Positions 1 to 12,638 of a DNA stretch of 64,000 bases are shown here, one piece after another. Numbering within the stretch: position 1 is the stretch's first letter; each line of letters starts with the position of its first letter. The position numbers and the translations under genes were made by a program. The stretch comes from Somniosus microcephalus. Taxonomy: Eukaryota. The stretch lies in the NCBI GenBank assembly GCA_052327205.1, contig CM126220.1:10788001-10852000 (forward strand), read 5' to 3'. A model generated the notes under the pieces. The model saw only the letters and a list, made by a program, of their open reading frames with translations. It searched no databases and had not been told where the DNA came from.

Positions 1-750
1 CATTTTTTCTTTGTTTCTGTTCTTCTGAAATATTTGCACTCCTGCTATCCCAGTTAGGTCTTTCTCCTCTTGGTACAGGCTACCCATTTCCATGTACCTT
101 CCTCTCTCCCCTCTACCTCTAGCCAGTTTGGAAATATAGTCATGACCACTATTGGTACTGTTCAGTTATTGTCCAAAGGAGGCCTAATTCAAGCAGAGGG
201 AGAGAGTTGGTGTCATTCCCCTTATCTCAAAAAAATCCTCCAGATGGAATGCTTTGTACAGAGAGTAGAATAAATTGAACCAGGGTGGAGGGATTCTTGT
301 GACAGAGAGTCCTGCAACTTGAACCTGTTACTTGATTAGGAGGTAAGCATTTGTTCATAGTACATCCTGCCAGTTCCCTGTGTTTGTTTTTATTTTTCTC
401 CTTCCCTTATGAACTGTTAGTCTACACCCCGCCCCCGTCTCCCCTTCAACTGGGGCAGGTGCAGGCTTTGTTAGTTTCTACCTTTCTCAGCGCTGAACTG
501 ACACAAGACACAACAGCTATGTTGTGAGATGGCCCCTGTTACTATTCAACAATCCTTCACTGGCCATTTTACTCTGTCATCATCTTTTTCCTCCTTTCCA
601 GATGAGAGCCTTCTTTACAAGGACGTGTTCTGCCCACCTGAATACCACAGTTGTGTGCAGAAAATATTTACGGTGTGACTGGTGGATTTATGTTTCTGGT
701 ACCTTTTTGGAAGCAAAATTTTATAGCTGCTTTCACATTGGTGCTGTTTA

Positions 751-929
751 GGATTCCGGGAGACTGCTTTTTGTAAGCCAGGTTCTGGCGATTACACTAC
801 TAAATCTGGCATTAATACCCCTGTGGTAGACTTGTAGAGCCAGGTTATCATGTTGCCAGGATAAGGGTGCCAGATTTAGTGCCGTAAACGTTGTGAGCCA
901 GCTTTCAAGAGCCCATTCTCCCAGAATCC
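751..929. repeat. ~180-bp fold-back (MITE-like) element
   Basis: Terminal inverted repeat GGATTCCGGGAGA (751-763) / TCTCCCAGAATCC (917-929) plus inner inverted pair ACTAAATCTGGCA / TGCCAGATTTAGT (~799-811, 868-880). No clear TSD. Confidence 0.6.
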
Positions 930-1279
930 GAATTTAAAGAAAGCTGACATAAAAGTAGCTCATGTTCACAGATTGGAAAACGTGTTCAAGCTGCATATTG
1001 AACCTTCATTTATTATTTCTCTTAAAGCTTACACCAGTCCCAGTCAGATTGTGTTAAATTTAACATGCACACCAAAGAACCACTTTGTGCATGTCCCCAC
1101 AAATTATTGAATTCATTCCTGCAAAAGCATTTAACTCTAAAGGACACCTTTGCATTCCTGCACCAAAACCAAAATATAACCAGATTACAATTTTTGCTGT
1201 ATAATTCCTAGAATACTATGAGTTAGCAATGTTATGTAGGTCTGTACGTACTTCTAATTCTACTTTATAATATTTTCAG

Positions 1280-1360
1280 ATGTCATTTACAAAAGATGTG
1301 CGAATTTCGAAAGTTGAAAAGGCCTTCAGTACTCAAAGGGTTAATCCTCCAACCAAACAA
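1280..1360 (+). CDS. Candidate internal coding exon (81 nt) of an unidentified host gene
   Basis: Branch-like ttctaat, pyrimidine-rich tract ending tattttcag|, donor CAA|gtgaat; length a multiple of 3. Open in phase 0 (MSFTKDVRISKVEKAFSTQRVNPPTKQ) and phase 2 (CHLQKMCEFRKLKRPSVLKGLILQPN). Protein not recognised. Confidence 0.5.
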
Positions 1361-3334
1361 GTGAATATCCTTTTTTATTTGTGTTTTTCTAAATGTGTAG
1401 GCCATTTAACCTTTGGAGGATATTGTAGCATGTTTCAAGGTTTTTTTTTTAGCATGTGCAACACCATCATTAGAAATACACAGCATAAATCAGATTGAAA
1501 AAGCTACAGTGTATTACAAACGTATATTGAAAAGCTGCCAAATAAATATTTTGTCCGAAAGGTTGAATCATTATTTTTGACTAGATGTTGATCTTTGTTC
1601 CTGTGCTATCTGTGACTGGGGAAAAGTTGAAATAAATGTAGCAGAAAATTTGAGTTGCTTCCTTAAGGCCGTATATTAGAAGCTGTTAGGCCATCCACCA
1701 ATGCTGTCAAAAAGGTCCTTGTGACTATCTTGCATATTTTATGTAATATTCTCGCTTGAGGGAGGGGAGGCGTTAAGTCTATTTCTGGGACCATGGCTAA
1801 TTCCAGCCTAACAAAAATAAGCAATCTGAAGATATTTCTAAAAACTGCCTTGGATATTCTTTAAAAAAAAAAAAAAAAGTTTTTTTCCACACGAGGAAAG
1901 CAAAGACGCAGCAATGTACTCTGGAGGGGAGAGGGGAAATGGCATCTTAATTTATTTTCCCCCTTAGTGTTAGTTGACGAGCAAGCTTTTCTTTACTAAT
2001 GAAAGGTGGCTCTGTTTGGGCTCTGTGATTGCTTTGTCGCATGCTTTGTACGGCTTTCAAGCCCCAATATCCGTGCACAAAACCAACAGTGTGTGCTCCC
2101 AAAATGAGATTTTCTTATCATTTCTTTCACTGTGGGGTAATTGGAACTTAGCAGCATATTAAGAGTCTGATAAGTGACATTCGTATTTTGTTGTTTTGAC
2201 CCAAGGGAAGCAGGGAGCGTTTTTGCCTTCTCTTTTATTTGTCATACTAATCCCTTTGATGTTCGTGTCGCTCTAGCGTTCTATATAGAGCCATGCACAA
2301 TGGTTAAAAGGGTTTTTGCTGTTTCTTGACCCGTCAGCTTAAGAACTTGCCGTTTTTTAGTAAATTGAACGGATCTCCTTCATTATCATTTAAATGAGCC
2401 CTGTATCCTTCCAAATGCTGAAATGCTGAAATTTGAATGTGGTTGTAAAGCTGTGATAATTTGAAATATTCATTCCCTCAAGGGTAACATTTCAGAGGCA
2501 CTGAATGCCATTGTTACGCGTTCTCATATTTTTCTGGGTGAGATGGGAAAATAGACTGGTAATTGTCTGCTGAGCCTCTAGAATGGGTGCTCCAGTTAGT
2601 CGAGACATTGGCTCTAATTGCCATGGGGGGGTTGCTGATGAATCATGGTGTATGCGTGCAGCAGCCAGGGCCAAATTGAGTGATATAGCCAGAGCTATGT
2701 GCAAATTGGCAATTATTAGCACAGCAGAAAGGCTGGCAGGTGTAGAATGCCTTCTGAGCTTTTGATTGAAATAGGAAATAGCACAATTTCTGTGATGAAG
2801 ACTAGCTGATTGGGGCTGATGAAGCAAGTATGGCTGGCTAGCTCAGAAACCTGACTGAAGTGGAGGTACACCGATTATTGGAATATTTGATTAAATTCTG
2901 ATTACAGCACTGGTCGATTATTAATTTCATAGCTGAATACTCTTTCAGCTACCACATGTTTGCTAAAGAGCCAATGATTAGTGCCTGTCTTATGATAGAA
3001 AATGTTTCTTCAGCAACTACTCTGCTGCTTTTATGTCGTTCGCAGTAATTCGTATCACAGTTTATCATCAAACAGATGGTCACTCTTGGCTGATATCTGT
3101 TGGATTTAAGACGGCATGTGTGCTTTACACTAGTGAGTTGTGATAGAAAGATCATGGTAGTGGAAATATAGGGATGCAATGCCACTATTTTGTAATTTGC
3201 CAGTGCACTTACCCTGTATATTACATATTTGCCAACATTCAAGTTTTAATTGCCACACATTCCATTATATTCTGATTGGAAGGTATGTGAAGAGATATCA
3301 TGCTGCCACAGAAAATATTTGTTTGGTTTATCCC

Positions 3335-3810
3335 TAATTTTGTCCCCTCCTCACCTGAAGATGCTGGTGTGAGGTTCCACAGGCACTGGTACCTCTCCAA
3401 AGTGGTCTAGATAGTGAGTATTGACCATGGTGGGCATCACACCTGAGCTCAATCCTCCTCACCCAGATCCACACTCTGGCTTTGCAGAAATAGTTGGAAT
3501 ACAGTTAAGAATGGGAACCTGTGTTCCTCCACCCACCCCCACTTCACGAATATGGAGCACTGAGTTAACACTCCAGCACTGTAGCTGCAGCTAACTTGGC
3601 GTAATGTTCCCTTTAAACTACGCGGCCACGCAGCGCTGTGGAGCTCCCACGCAGCCGGCTCACCGGCTTTTAAATGGAAAAACCGCGCATGTGTGGAATC
3701 TTGAATGGGCCACGCACCCATTGCTTGGCACAGGCCAGGAATTGAACCTGGGACCTTCTGGCCTGTGTGGCTCAGTAATGCACCACCTAGTGCACTTACT
3801 CACTAAGCCA
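3335..3810 (-). mobile_element. Degenerate LF-SINE-like element interrupted by a hAT MITE fragment
   Basis: Reverse-complement resemblance to the LF-SINE body (cctcctcacctgaag, gggcatcacacctgagctcaatcctcctcacccagatccacac) and tRNA-like head (aattgaacctgggaccttctgg). 3603-3720 is a partial copy of the 5438/44005 MITE. Family recalled from memory. Confidence 0.55.
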
Positions 3811-4375
3811 GAAAAGGGTTTGTTTTAAGAAATGTGCAATTCCTTTCCATTTCAGATATCTCTGCTCAGATTTGCCATATCTGTTTACAGTGAGCATATA
3901 TATGGCAAATTATCAGATGAAAATGGGCTAAGCAGTACTGTTGGAAACTATAAATTAGAACGTGTAAAATGCACAATAAATTCCAATATAGAAAGAATCC
4001 AACACACATTAAGACCTATGGTTATTAATCAAATAGTTATAAAAGGGTCAGTCAGCGTCTCTTTGGTTGAACTCTTAGTTCCATATATCTCAGCAGTGTA
4101 ACCCTTTTTTTAAAAATATTGAAGTCAGTTTAGTCAAAATGATAACTGGGGCACCCAAAAACTGATACACCTGACAAAAATGTGGAACAATATAGTGATC
4201 AAGTATGCAACCAAGTCCATTAACAAGTAAAGCATGGTTGGCAATAGTTCAATTGCCAGAAAATGTGCATCATTACCTCCACTACTATACTGGAGGCCTG
4301 TTACTGGGTGTTAAAAAATATCATAGAAGTTCAGTGCAAAATCTAATGCATTTTCCCCCTCTCTTTTCCCTACAG

Positions 4376-4411
4376 AGTTCTGCTCATTCGTTTTCAGGAC
4401 GAGGATATTCT
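4376..4411 (+). CDS. Candidate 36-nt micro-exon of the same host gene
   Basis: Branch ctaat (~4343), strong polypyrimidine tract ttttccccctctcttttccctacag| and consensus donor TCT|gtaagt. Open in phase 0 (SSAHSFSGRGYS) and phase 2 (VLLIRFQDEDI), compatible with exon 1280-1360 in either phase. Confidence 0.6.
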
Positions 4412-4894
4412 GTAAGTCATTGCAAATCTTTGAATATTATACAGCAATTCTCTTGGGTATCGGTGCTCTGTTTCAGAGCTAATTACGTGTATTTCAGCGT
4501 ATACATGCACACGCAGCCACTTACACAAAGTAATAAATTGCAGAAATGGGCTTCTAGCATGGGATTTCATTACATTCATGATAAAGGTAATGTTCGTTCC
4601 TACTTGGTTTATGGAAGTCCTACAATCATGAAAAGAAAAGGCTGGGTTTAGGCGTCCTCAGCATATTTTAATTGCTCTCCTCAATCCTTTTCCCAGCCTA
4701 ACATATGTTTAACATTCAGCCATTTGTACCTTGTGGGCCTTTTGTATTGATCTTTTAATTTTGATTCCAGGAGCTTTGTAGACCCCAGTAAAATTGGGTG
4801 AACAAGGCCACTGCCGATCCAAGGAAACCAGATTTAACAGCATAAACAATGGGCGCTGGCTCATGGGTCCTGAATTTTTTTTTTGTTTTTTGTT

Positions 4895-5200
4895 TTTGTT
4901 TTCGGGATGTGGGCGTTTCTGGCAAGGGCCCACTTATTTCCTCATCCCTAGTTATTGTGAGAAGGTGGCAGGGAGACCTTTTTGTTGCTAGGTCACCAGA
5001 GCGGCATTTAGAGTCGACCACATAGTGCGGGACTGGAGTCACATATAGGCCAAACTGGGTACTGGGTGGCAAGTTCCCTTTCCTGAAGGTGAACCAGTTA
5101 GGTTTTTATTGCAATCCAGCAGCTTTTCTGGTCATTTTCTTTTCTTGGTGCCAGCCAACAATGACCATTTAAAGGATGGCCAATGTCACAGCAGTTTTCT
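4895..5200 (-). mobile_element. Old retroposon relic with RTEX-like 3' end
   Basis: gggatgtgggcgtttctggcaaggg...catccctagttattgtgagaaggtgg resembles the reverse complement of the tail family also seen at 45856-45935; T-rich run at 4875-4902 would be its A-rich tail. Family assignment from memory. Confidence 0.4.
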
Positions 5201-5437
5201 TGAATTTCTAAAGCAGCTACATCACCTGTAATACCTTTTTGCTTTTTGTAATGCATGCAAATCTCATTTGTATACAAATAAACAATACTCTCTGATTGTG
5301 CCTCTTTGCTGGTCCCCAGGCCAGTCAACTGCTAATGCTGGGAAGTAGGGGTATCCCATCATCCATAATGTGAATAAAAACCACCTAATTAGACCAGAGT
5401 TAATGAGAGATTTTCACTTAAGATTATGGGTGATGGG

Positions 5438-5599
5438 CAATGTTCCTGTAAGCTGCGCTTTGTTCTGCACGGCCTGTTTCTTTCAATGCGTGGTCCCTTT
5501 AAATTTCTGCGCATGTGCGGTATTTACAATATAAAAGCCGGTGAGCAGCCTGCGCGGGACCTTTCAGATTACTGCACGGCCACCTTAGCGGGAACATTG
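5438..5599. mobile_element. hAT-type MITE (CAATGTTCC...GGAACATTG termini)
   Basis: TIR CAATGTTCC / GGAACATTG; 8-bp TSD GTGATGGG (5430-5437) / GTGATGAG (5600-5607). An 8-bp TSD is typical of hAT. Confidence 0.8.
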
Positions 5600-7602
5600 G
5601 TGATGAGTTAGCTACATCCATGGAATGAAGCAGAGGCCTCCTTGCTTGCAACCCTTGCTTAACAAGTTGGGACTCAGTAGAGGCAAGGCTGCTTGTATTT
5701 CAGAATTATTTCTGTAATGTTTATTTTTCAGTGGTTGATAAAAGTTGATATTTTCAAGATGTGATGTTAATGGGTGTGTTTCAGCTGCATTTAAAAATCA
5801 CCAAAAATCCACAAAATGACACAGGAACATCACTGAGGCAATCTGAACCCTGGATATTATTGGCAGTTATTGTTGAATTGTAATTGGCTTATGATGGGGT
5901 TAAAACCTCTGGCGTGTCTGTTGTTTTCTCATTCTACATAAACCATGGTGTGTCGGAATATCTGATGTATTGCTGTGAGATGCTGATATATCACCAACAG
6001 TGGACCCGGCACTACTTACTTGGTGAAGTGAGAAATGACTGGATGATTAACAGCCTAAACTAGGGCTCAAGTCTGTCATTCTTCCTGCAGATCCTTTGCT
6101 TGGGTTCACCTGACGTTCATAATTGTCACTCAATCGCACAACATAAAGACTTACATTTCTGCAACATTCTTTTTCAAATATGTTATTTCTGTAATGTGTT
6201 CATAATCTTTAAAAGTCCAAAACACCGCCCCAGCCCCATTTAATTCACTCTTTCCATTGCTCGCAGTTGAACCTAGTATGAAATTATTACATGGTCAGGA
6301 TCATCAGCTGGTCCAGTCTACCTGTGTGATTTCTAACTCTTCCATCCACACAGAGAAAAATAAGAAAGGATTAGAAACTCCAGTAACCAATGAAAACTCC
6401 ACTTGCAGGAAGCTTGATTTCATGGTTCTGGGGATGCAATTACAATTGAGTGAAGAACTTGTTTGCCTCAATATTGTATTCATTCATCAGAGATTCACAG
6501 CCCGTTAGAGGTTTAAAATGTACAGGTACTGTTGTAACATGTCTTGCAAACTTTTAATTGCAGTGGAATATTTTCCCAAAAAATTGTTTTCATATTGTTC
6601 CATTTTGCTGCTGTTTGTACAATTGATGGCAGTTGTGTAACACATCGCTTTGGTGACTGAGACATCAAAAAGGTGTAATCTGTGCATGACACGCTCACCT
6701 TACTGGATTTTATAGCTGAGCATATTCAATTAATAGGATTGGATACAGGAAGTGATCTTAACTTTCTCTTAAGGAGAGATAACTGTGATCAGAAAGGCTT
6801 TCGGCAGACTACACTTTCAGAAAAAAGTTTCATTTCCCATGTAGCTAACCCATGGCTACCTGATCCACAGAGGGTTGTCGGAGTGTGTTAGCCTAAAATT
6901 GTGGTGTTCTTCACAGTTTTCAATTCTATAGGCTTCTGCAGGGCTATCATTTTTGTCAACACCGTGGATGTGTTTTATGCTAATCAGTGAATAACAGCCA
7001 GTGTACATCATGACCTCTCAAAAGGCCTAATGGCAGCAAACTCCATGCTCCCACACATTGACGTACTTGGTGATGTCACTGGGTCTTGTTAGCTCTTAAA
7101 AAATTACATTTGGGGTCAACAACAGGGATTGGTAAATGAGATAAATTGCCCATAACATTGAACTTGGAACTGCTGAACAATGTTGAAAACTATTTCTCCC
7201 CCAAATGCCTGTCATGCAGTGGTGGGAAGAACCAGCTTGTAGTGTGGAAGGATACAAGTTCAGTTTCTCCATTGCGCTGAATTCCTGATCTCAATTGCAC
7301 TGAGCAGTTGTGCACTGACGTCCCAATCCCTTCCTGAAGGGGAGGGAAAATGAAAGGATCAGTTATCACCACCAAAGTGCCACCCTGAACCTCCTAGTGC
7401 CAGTCTGAAGAGCAGCACTGTAAGTTTGAGAGCAGGTTGCCTGACCTTTCGGTCATAGATGATTTATGGGGTGGTGGAGGTGGGGAGAGGAGGCCGGGAA
7501 GGAGAAAATAAGATTAGTACTTCCCACCGATAGCTACCATTTCCTTCAGCAGAAGTATTCATAGTGTGGTATGCACTTGAGTGGAATTGAGTGCATTATT
7601 AT

Positions 7603-8293
7603 GGGCCGGATTATCCGATCAGAGGCTTCCTGCATGCGAGTGCCTCCGATCTGGAAAAATCTACAAACATACCTGCTGGCTCCGTAGGTCCCGACACTTC
7701 CAATCCTGGGCCTCTCTGGGTCCGCGCGCGCAGAGGCCCCGGTATCCCAGGGGCGCAGGCGGTTCGCAAGCGTCCCTGGGATCACGTGGGCCTTGGGGAA
7801 AGGAATCCCCCTTCACACTTTTGACTGGTCTCTCCGCTTAGACCTGTCACAAGTATGAATCAGGATCACTCAAAAAACACACTAAAACAATAAATAAAAT
7901 TTTTTTGAAATCACATATTTAAAATTCATTAAAATTACATTAAATTAAATATTTTAAACAAATTTTTTTTTTTTTTACGGGGCTAAAAACTTTTTTTTTT
8001 TTTAAGTATTTTAAAATTATAAATGAGTGGAATTTTGTTTTACTTTTTTAAACTCTTATGCTGGTAAAAGCAGGCCTTACACTTGCTTTTACCAGACGTA
8101 AGATTTTTAAAGGTTTTCAGCGGGCGGAGGTTCTGCAGAAAGCGGAACTCTCCACCCACAGAGGCCCTTCTCCAGGGCAGGCGGATGATCTGTCAAGAGA
8201 CGGAAGTGCCAGTTTTCAGCGCATGCCTGAAACCGGCACTTACGAGGCCCCTACGTGTGCGTACACACCCGTGGGGGTTGGAAAATACGGGTC
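7603..8293 (+). mobile_element. Non-autonomous DNA element (MITE) with GC-rich arms and AT-rich core; copy 1
   Basis: Colinear over ~700 bp with 62031-62777. Imperfect 18-bp TIR gggccggattatccgatc / ggttggaaaatacgggtc; flanks tat/aat. GG(G/C)C termini suggest PIF/Harbinger. Confidence 0.75.
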
Positions 8294-8999
8294 AATGTTT
8301 CCTAAAATCATATTATGATAGTGTGAAAAATATAGCATTAAACATGCGGCATGGTTCTGCTTCTCCCCTTAGTGTATAAATAAATGTGTTAGACTTCTGT
8401 TTTTATAGCACCCATGAGCTTTATAAAATCTCCAAGGTCCTCTCCTCCGGTAACAAATTATTCCCACTTGACAGTTACCACCACATCAGCATTACCTGCA
8501 TTTCATGTATGACTAATGCAGCCGGTCCTGCAACTGCAGGTTTCCCTTCCATTGTTCTTATGGAGCTTGCTGAGAGACGCAGCCTTGTCTGGTGATTTAA
8601 CTACGCTCTGTAAATGCGCACACATGCAAACTTTCAAGCAAAGGTAGGGGAATGCTTGCTGTGAGGGTGATGTGATCAGACGAGGCAGAATCTGTAAATC
8701 AATGTCATGTCAAAAGAGATAAAACCTTATCAACATTGGGGGGTGGGGGGAAGATCTCAGCACTACACATTGATAGAAAAAGTAGCTTTACAAACGTTGA
8801 GGGGAATGAGAGGCGATAGAAAATCAATCCTAACAGAAGAAAATTTACTGAACAATGTAAAATAATTGTGCTCTTTGACTCCCAACAAAAACCTTAGTGT
8901 CTGCTGAATTTTGAGAGCTCTTGGCGGTGATAAGTGAAACCATGTGTGGAAGCTGAAGCCATCAGCTCTTAAGCAGATACCGGTGTTTTAACATTTAAC

Positions 9000-9600
9000 T
9001 GGAGGTCTGTATTCGTTAATATTTCAGATTAATCTTCAGTCTGTGCTGAGATAGTCGACTTCAGCCTGGGCAGTAACTGGGGCATAAATAGGGTGTTCAA
9101 CTCTGGTTGGATGTATTGCTGGTGGTCTCACCATATGACCTCCCAGTTCCAACTGCCTCACCCAGTCAAACAGCCTTTTTTCCCCCCATCTCCAATATTT
9201 TAATAGCTAATAAATGAAAGTGTTCAAAGAAAATGAGAAAAACGCTATTTTTAATGCCCCTGTGATGTTGCTTGTAGCACTATCCAGGAGATTCACCTTT
9301 AATTCCTGGAGACTCCAGGACAATCCTGGAAGTTTGGCCACCCAAGGTATAACAGTTAGCCTCAACGCACCTGGGCTAAGGAGGGGGAAGATGTGGCTAG
9401 GTTTCTGCCACCGACTCCTGTTCAGTGACGCCTGCTGGAAAGTTCACGTGTGTGGACTTTGGGCTAGGAGAGGATCAGCTGTCAAATATCCCGCAGGCAC
9501 TGGCTAGCTAGGCTCCCACATGAGCAAGCTAATGGAAAGCTGCCTCGGGCTATGCAGCAGTATCCTAGGAAAAATTGAACAAATTTAGGAAAGGAAGGAA
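9000..9600 (+). mobile_element. LF-SINE-like relic split by a hAT MITE
   Basis: gtctgtgctgagatag...cagcctgggcag before the insert continues after it as ttagcctcaacgcacctgggctaaggagggg...cagtgacgcctgctggaaag...gtgtgtggac. Confidence 0.6.
9089..9345. mobile_element. hAT-type MITE (TAGGGT...ACCCTA-like termini)
   Basis: Termini tagggtgttcaac / gtttggccacccaa; 8-bp TSD GGCATAAA (9081-9088) / GGTATAAC (9346-9353), 6 of 8 identical. Confidence 0.65.
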
Positions 9601-9666
9601 GGAACCAGGCGAGAAGAATTAAAATAAAAATGAGGTCACCAAGATGAGATGCATTGCAAGATATTT

Positions 9667-10019
9667 CACGGTGGCATAGTGGCTAGCACTGTTGCCTCAC
9701 AGCGCCAGGGACCCGGGTTCAAATCCGGCCTCGGGTGACTGTCTGTGTGGAGTTTGCACATTCTCCCCGTGTTTGCGTGGGTTTTCTCCGGGTGCTCCGG
9801 TTTCCTCCCACAGTCCAAAGATGTGCGGGTTAGGTTGATTGGCTATGCTAAATTGACCCTTAGTGTTAGGGGGATTAAAATATGTGGGGTTACGGGGATA
9901 GGGTGGGATATGTGTTGGTGTAGGGGTTACGGGGATCGGGTGGGATATGTGTCGGTGCAGGCTCGATGGGACGAAATGGCCTCTATCTGCACTGTGGGGT
10001 TTCTGTGATTCTGTGATTT
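9667..10019 (+). mobile_element. tRNA-derived V-SINE (HE1-like, elasmobranch) with CR1-type tail
   Basis: Pol III box A gtggcatagtgg (9671-9682), box B gggttcaaatcc (9715-9726), V-domain ctgtgtggagtttgcacattctccccgtg...ctccggtttcctcccacagtccaaaga, internal ~36-bp duplication, CR1-like tail ending (ttctgtga)2. Confidence 0.9.
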
Positions 10020-10059
10020 CGGTAAATCAAAAAAAGGAACAACACCACGAGCTCCCTTG

Positions 10060-10462
10060 ACTTTCATCCTCATATTCAATTCTTTCCTTGGCCTCGCCCC
10101 TCCCCATCTCTGTAACCTCCTCCAGCCCTACAACCCCCCGTGAACGTTACGTTTCTTCAATTCTGGCCTCTTGTGCATCCCAGGGTTCCTTCGCCCCATT
10201 TGGTGGCCATCCTTCGCCCCATTTGGTGGCCATCCTTCAGCCGTCTGGGCCCTAAGTTCTGGAATTCCTTCCTAAACTACTCCGCCTCTCTTCCTTTTAA
10301 GACGCTCCTTAAAGCCGACCTCTTTGACCAAGCATTCAATCACCTGTCATAATGGCTCCTTCTTTGGCTCCGTATCAATTTTTTTTTCTGATTACGCTCC
10401 TGTGAAGTGCCTCATGATGTTTTACTATGTTATGGGCGCTACATAAATGCAAGTTGTTGTTG
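10060..10462 (+). mobile_element. L2-clade LINE 3' fragment
   Basis: ORF2 C-terminus remnant (FSRLGPKFWNSF...FKTLLKADLFDQAF) and tail ataaatgcaagttgttgttg. Homologous to 13487-13862 and 59563-59826. Contains a ~23-bp tandem duplication at ~10187-10232. Confidence 0.8.
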
Positions 10463-10854
10463 AGAGCAATTCATACAGGATCCCATGTGAAGTAACTTAA
10501 TGGTAAACTCTGCATTTGTTATAAAAAATAATCCCATTGCATTAGCTGATTTCCTTGTGTTTTTTAGCTCTGAAACTGGGAGACTGGATCCCGACATTTA
10601 CACTAAATCCAGCCCCTGTCTCCCGGTGCCAGACTTGGAGACCCGTGAAAACCTGGGTTTAGCATACAGTTCATAGAGGCCTGAGTGCAAATCCGCCACC
10701 CACCCTTTTAATTGCAGCTGCATGTCTTGGGAACAGAGGAAAGAAAAGTGGGTGAAGAAAGAGAGTTGAAGGATATAATGCGCCCAACAAAAATAAATGC
10801 TTATTAGCAGTTTAGGAATATTAACTGGGGGAATTCAGGCATAAAAAACCTATC

Positions 10855-11041
10855 GATAGCAAAATACTGCAGATGCTGGAAATCCGAAATCACAACAGAG
10901 AATGCTGGAAAAACTCAGCAGGTCAGGCAACATCCGTGGAGAGAAATTTGAGTTGACGTTTCGGGTCGAAACCCTTTTTCAAATTTCTCTCCACGGATGT
11001 TGCCTGACCTGCTGAGTTTTTCCAGCATTTTCTGTTGTTAC
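10855..11041. mobile_element. Fold-back Penelope-like pseudo-LTR insertion
   Basis: ~58-bp near-perfect inverted arms (~10894-10949 vs 10981-11037) around a truncated hammerhead half (minus: GAAAAAGGGUUUCGACCCGAAACGUCAACUC). Perfect 12-bp TSD AAAAAACCTATC (10843-10854, 11042-11053). Confidence 0.85.
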
Positions 11042-12132
11042 AAAAAACCTATCTCTGCATCAGTGCAGTATAGTGCTTGGAAAGGATTAGGAGAGGGGAC
11101 GTCTCACACCGTCTGGAGATCAAAGTACCAAATTTCCAAATCATTATCTCTTCTGTAACTGCTGTTCATTATGCTCCAATATTGTTACTTTTTCTATTTT
11201 TTTTGTGTAGTTTATTATTAATAATCAGACTTAATGCGATTCTGTTTTAAAGCTTCATTCGCTGGTGACAAGGTCATTGCTGTGTTAATGGTAACTGGCA
11301 GGATTGTCACTGAAAGTCATAGCATCTGATTAGATTTGACAGATTTACATATTATCACACAGACCGCCACAGACAATGTCCATATCCCTTTCAATTCAGC
11401 TAAATTGTTCCATGCAGATAGTACTGATGTAGCGTATATCCTACTGATGGGGCAGTTCAGGCTACATTTGGTGTAATAATGGCCTGCTCTAGTATTCTTT
11501 GACTTGTGCTCCTAATGCTCTCTTGATGGTTTAATCCTTGCAGTTGACAAATGAACAGGAACATGTTATTGTTACAGATCAGCATGTTTATGGTTCTTCA
11601 GCTTTTTGCATGCTATTTCTGGTTTTTATGTCACAAGATAAGTGGTTCCAAAAACATAATTTAGGCTCCATTCCAATTAGTAACTACTTTCTTAGTGCAT
11701 GGCTTGTCTGGCACCAGAACTATATAAAGCCACTGTGAACTGGAGTTGTACTAATGTCTGGATTTCCCTTATACAAATATATAGTAATAATAATAACAAT
11801 AATAGATTTCCAAATCTTTATACTTTCTTTTAATACTGTTTACTCCACACTTATATTTTTATATACAACCAGCAGAGAGGATTTTTGCAGGGGTGGGGGA
11901 ACTCTTCCTGTCTGGCTAGATTCAAGCAGTGCCTTTTATACTCTACACTTTGTAACACAGTTCTTCTTTCCAAGAGGGCCAGGCGGGTGGGAAAGCCAGG
12001 TGCTGCGTGTTTCTTCGTAGCTATCCTAAGTGCCATTTTGTGGGTGAGCCAGACTTTTACGGTCCTTCCTTTCAAGGTAGATTTAATTTTGTCACTAACT
12101 TTATTTAGTATGTTAGGACCAATACAGTATTA

Positions 12133-12638
12133 CCCTCGGGCCATCCTGGTGGGGGATGGAGGTGTAGAGGGATTGTACGTCCATGGTGGAGGGGGGGCGG
12201 TTGGGGCCAGGAAACTGGAAACTGTTGAAGTGGCGGAGGGCGTCCGAAGAGTCGCGGATGTAGGTGGGAAGAGACTGGACAAGGGGAGAAAAGATGGAGT
12301 CGGGATGGGAAGAGATGGGTTCTGTGGGGCAAGAACAGGCTGAAACGTGGGCTATGTGGAACAATCTTTGTTCCAGTCTCACACCTGGCAGCTACCTTTT
12401 GCCCTGCCCTGCCAGTACACTTTACACCTAATCCCAGCCTATTACCATCTCGTCTAGCTTCTAATCTCTTTTACTTCTTTTGGTTCTTTTATTCTTTTGT
12501 CCGATCGCAGCCCTGCCTCCGATGTAGTTTCTTTTCTTTCCAGTTTTGAAGAAGGGTCCAACCCGAAACGTCAACTCAAATTTCTCTCCACGGATGTTGC
12601 CTGATCTGCTGAGTTTTTCCAGCATTTTCTGTTGTTAT
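12133..12638. mobile_element. Rearranged PLE insertion: inverted RT fragment + forward pseudo-LTR
   Basis: Minus-strand PLE RT peptide VSACSCPTEPIS...LVQSLPTYIRDSSDAL...TMDVQSLYTSIPH (~12133-12345), then a plus-strand pLTR with hammerhead. 10-bp TSD TACAGTATTA (12123-12132, 12639-12648). Confidence 0.85.
12542..12576 (+). ncRNA. Minimal type I hammerhead ribozyme motif (C3U variant)
   Basis: AGUU-UUGAAGA-A-GGGU/CCA/ACCC-GAAAC-GUC-AACU: stem I AGUU/AACU, stem II, GAAA, GUC triplet. C3 is U. Confidence 0.7.

Noticed and set aside
4205-4651. 148-aa ORF as a single-exon gene
   Set aside because: Composition is intron-like and it spans a polypyrimidine tract; only 4376-4411 has exon signals.
9667-9735. 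Possible tRNA gene (also 52830-52900 and 57250-57317)
   Set aside because: The A/B boxes run directly into SINE bodies and LINE-type tails; these are SINE heads.
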